A DNA stretch of 64,000 nt. It comes from Candidatus Latescibacterota bacterium (GTDB taxonomy: Bacteria; Latescibacterota; UBA2968; GCA-2709665). Both the position numbers and the translations under genes were made by a program. Within the stretch, counting starts at the first letter, position 1; each line of letters begins with the position of its first letter. The stretch covers positions 4,512,001-4,576,000 of the forward strand of contig OZ220733.1 in the NCBI GenBank assembly GCA_965116875.1. Reading direction: 5' to 3'. This document shows positions 63,723-64,000 of the stretch, piece by piece. The notes under the pieces are model-generated. The model did no database searches. It was not told the DNA's origin and saw only the letters and a list, made by a program, of their open reading frames with translations.

Positions 63723-64000
63723 GTGGACTCACGAATTGCTGTTTTGGAGAAAAGGCTGAAGTGGCAAACAAGAATTCTAATCGGGCTAATTGTAATGTTT
63801 CTGTTCAGTGCCTCGCCCGCGCTGACAATGTTGTCCAATTCGTTCCCGGAAAACTTGACGTCGTTCTTTAAACCGGAAAGCGGCAAGTTGAGTAAAACGG
63901 CCCTGGACAGTGACGATGTTTTACAAGTTGGTAGATTGGAAATTGTGAATGATCAGGGTAATGTTGTCGCCCTTATGGGTGTTGATTTCGTCGGCGACGG
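63723..64000 (+). CDS. Hypothetical membrane-anchored protein, runs off the right edge
   Basis: GTG start after GGGAG; open frame MDSRIAVLEKRLKWQTRILIGLIVMFLF...LQVGRLEIVNDQGNVVALMG. Confidence 0.65.
   Translation, partial: MDSRIAVLEKRLKWQTRILIGLIVMFLFSASPALTMLSNSFPENLTSFFKPESGKLSKTALDSDDVLQVGRLEIVNDQGNVVALMGVDFVGD

Overview
This is bacterial chromosomal DNA, GC-rich in the core genes, from a diderm (lptFG, a SprA-like barrel, a TonB-dependent receptor). The dockerin/EF-hand-tagged secreted enzymes suggest an FCB-type lineage such as Latescibacterota, which is inference only. Bases 1-33.5 kb are mostly housekeeping: lexA with a GAAC-N4-GTTC SOS box, dprA, obgE, coaD, comEA, sprA-like, lptFG, M23 peptidase, HD hydrolase, endonuclease III, tRNA-Arg, tRNA-His, a tetraheme cytochrome, nrdR-nrdJ and two tandem heparinase II/III-like lyases. 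This part also holds an outer-membrane protein gene whose signal peptide joins the mature barrel across an in-frame UGA followed by a SECIS-like hairpin, making it a candidate unannotated selenoprotein. Bases 33.7-50.9 kb are a type I R-M defence locus: HTH-fused hsdM, aspartic protease, hsdS, cargo, hsdR, M48 peptidase. The cargo includes a HEPN-motif gene and a ~2038-aa nuclease-STAND ATPase (Avs-like) that can be rebuilt exactly by removing one IS630 and one 7-bp repeat unit. Bases 51-64 kb are accessory: creD-like, TA modules, TonB receptor, an Rpn pseudogene that keeps its internal start, and an IS1595 transposase flanked by unexplained, highly structured non-coding DNA.
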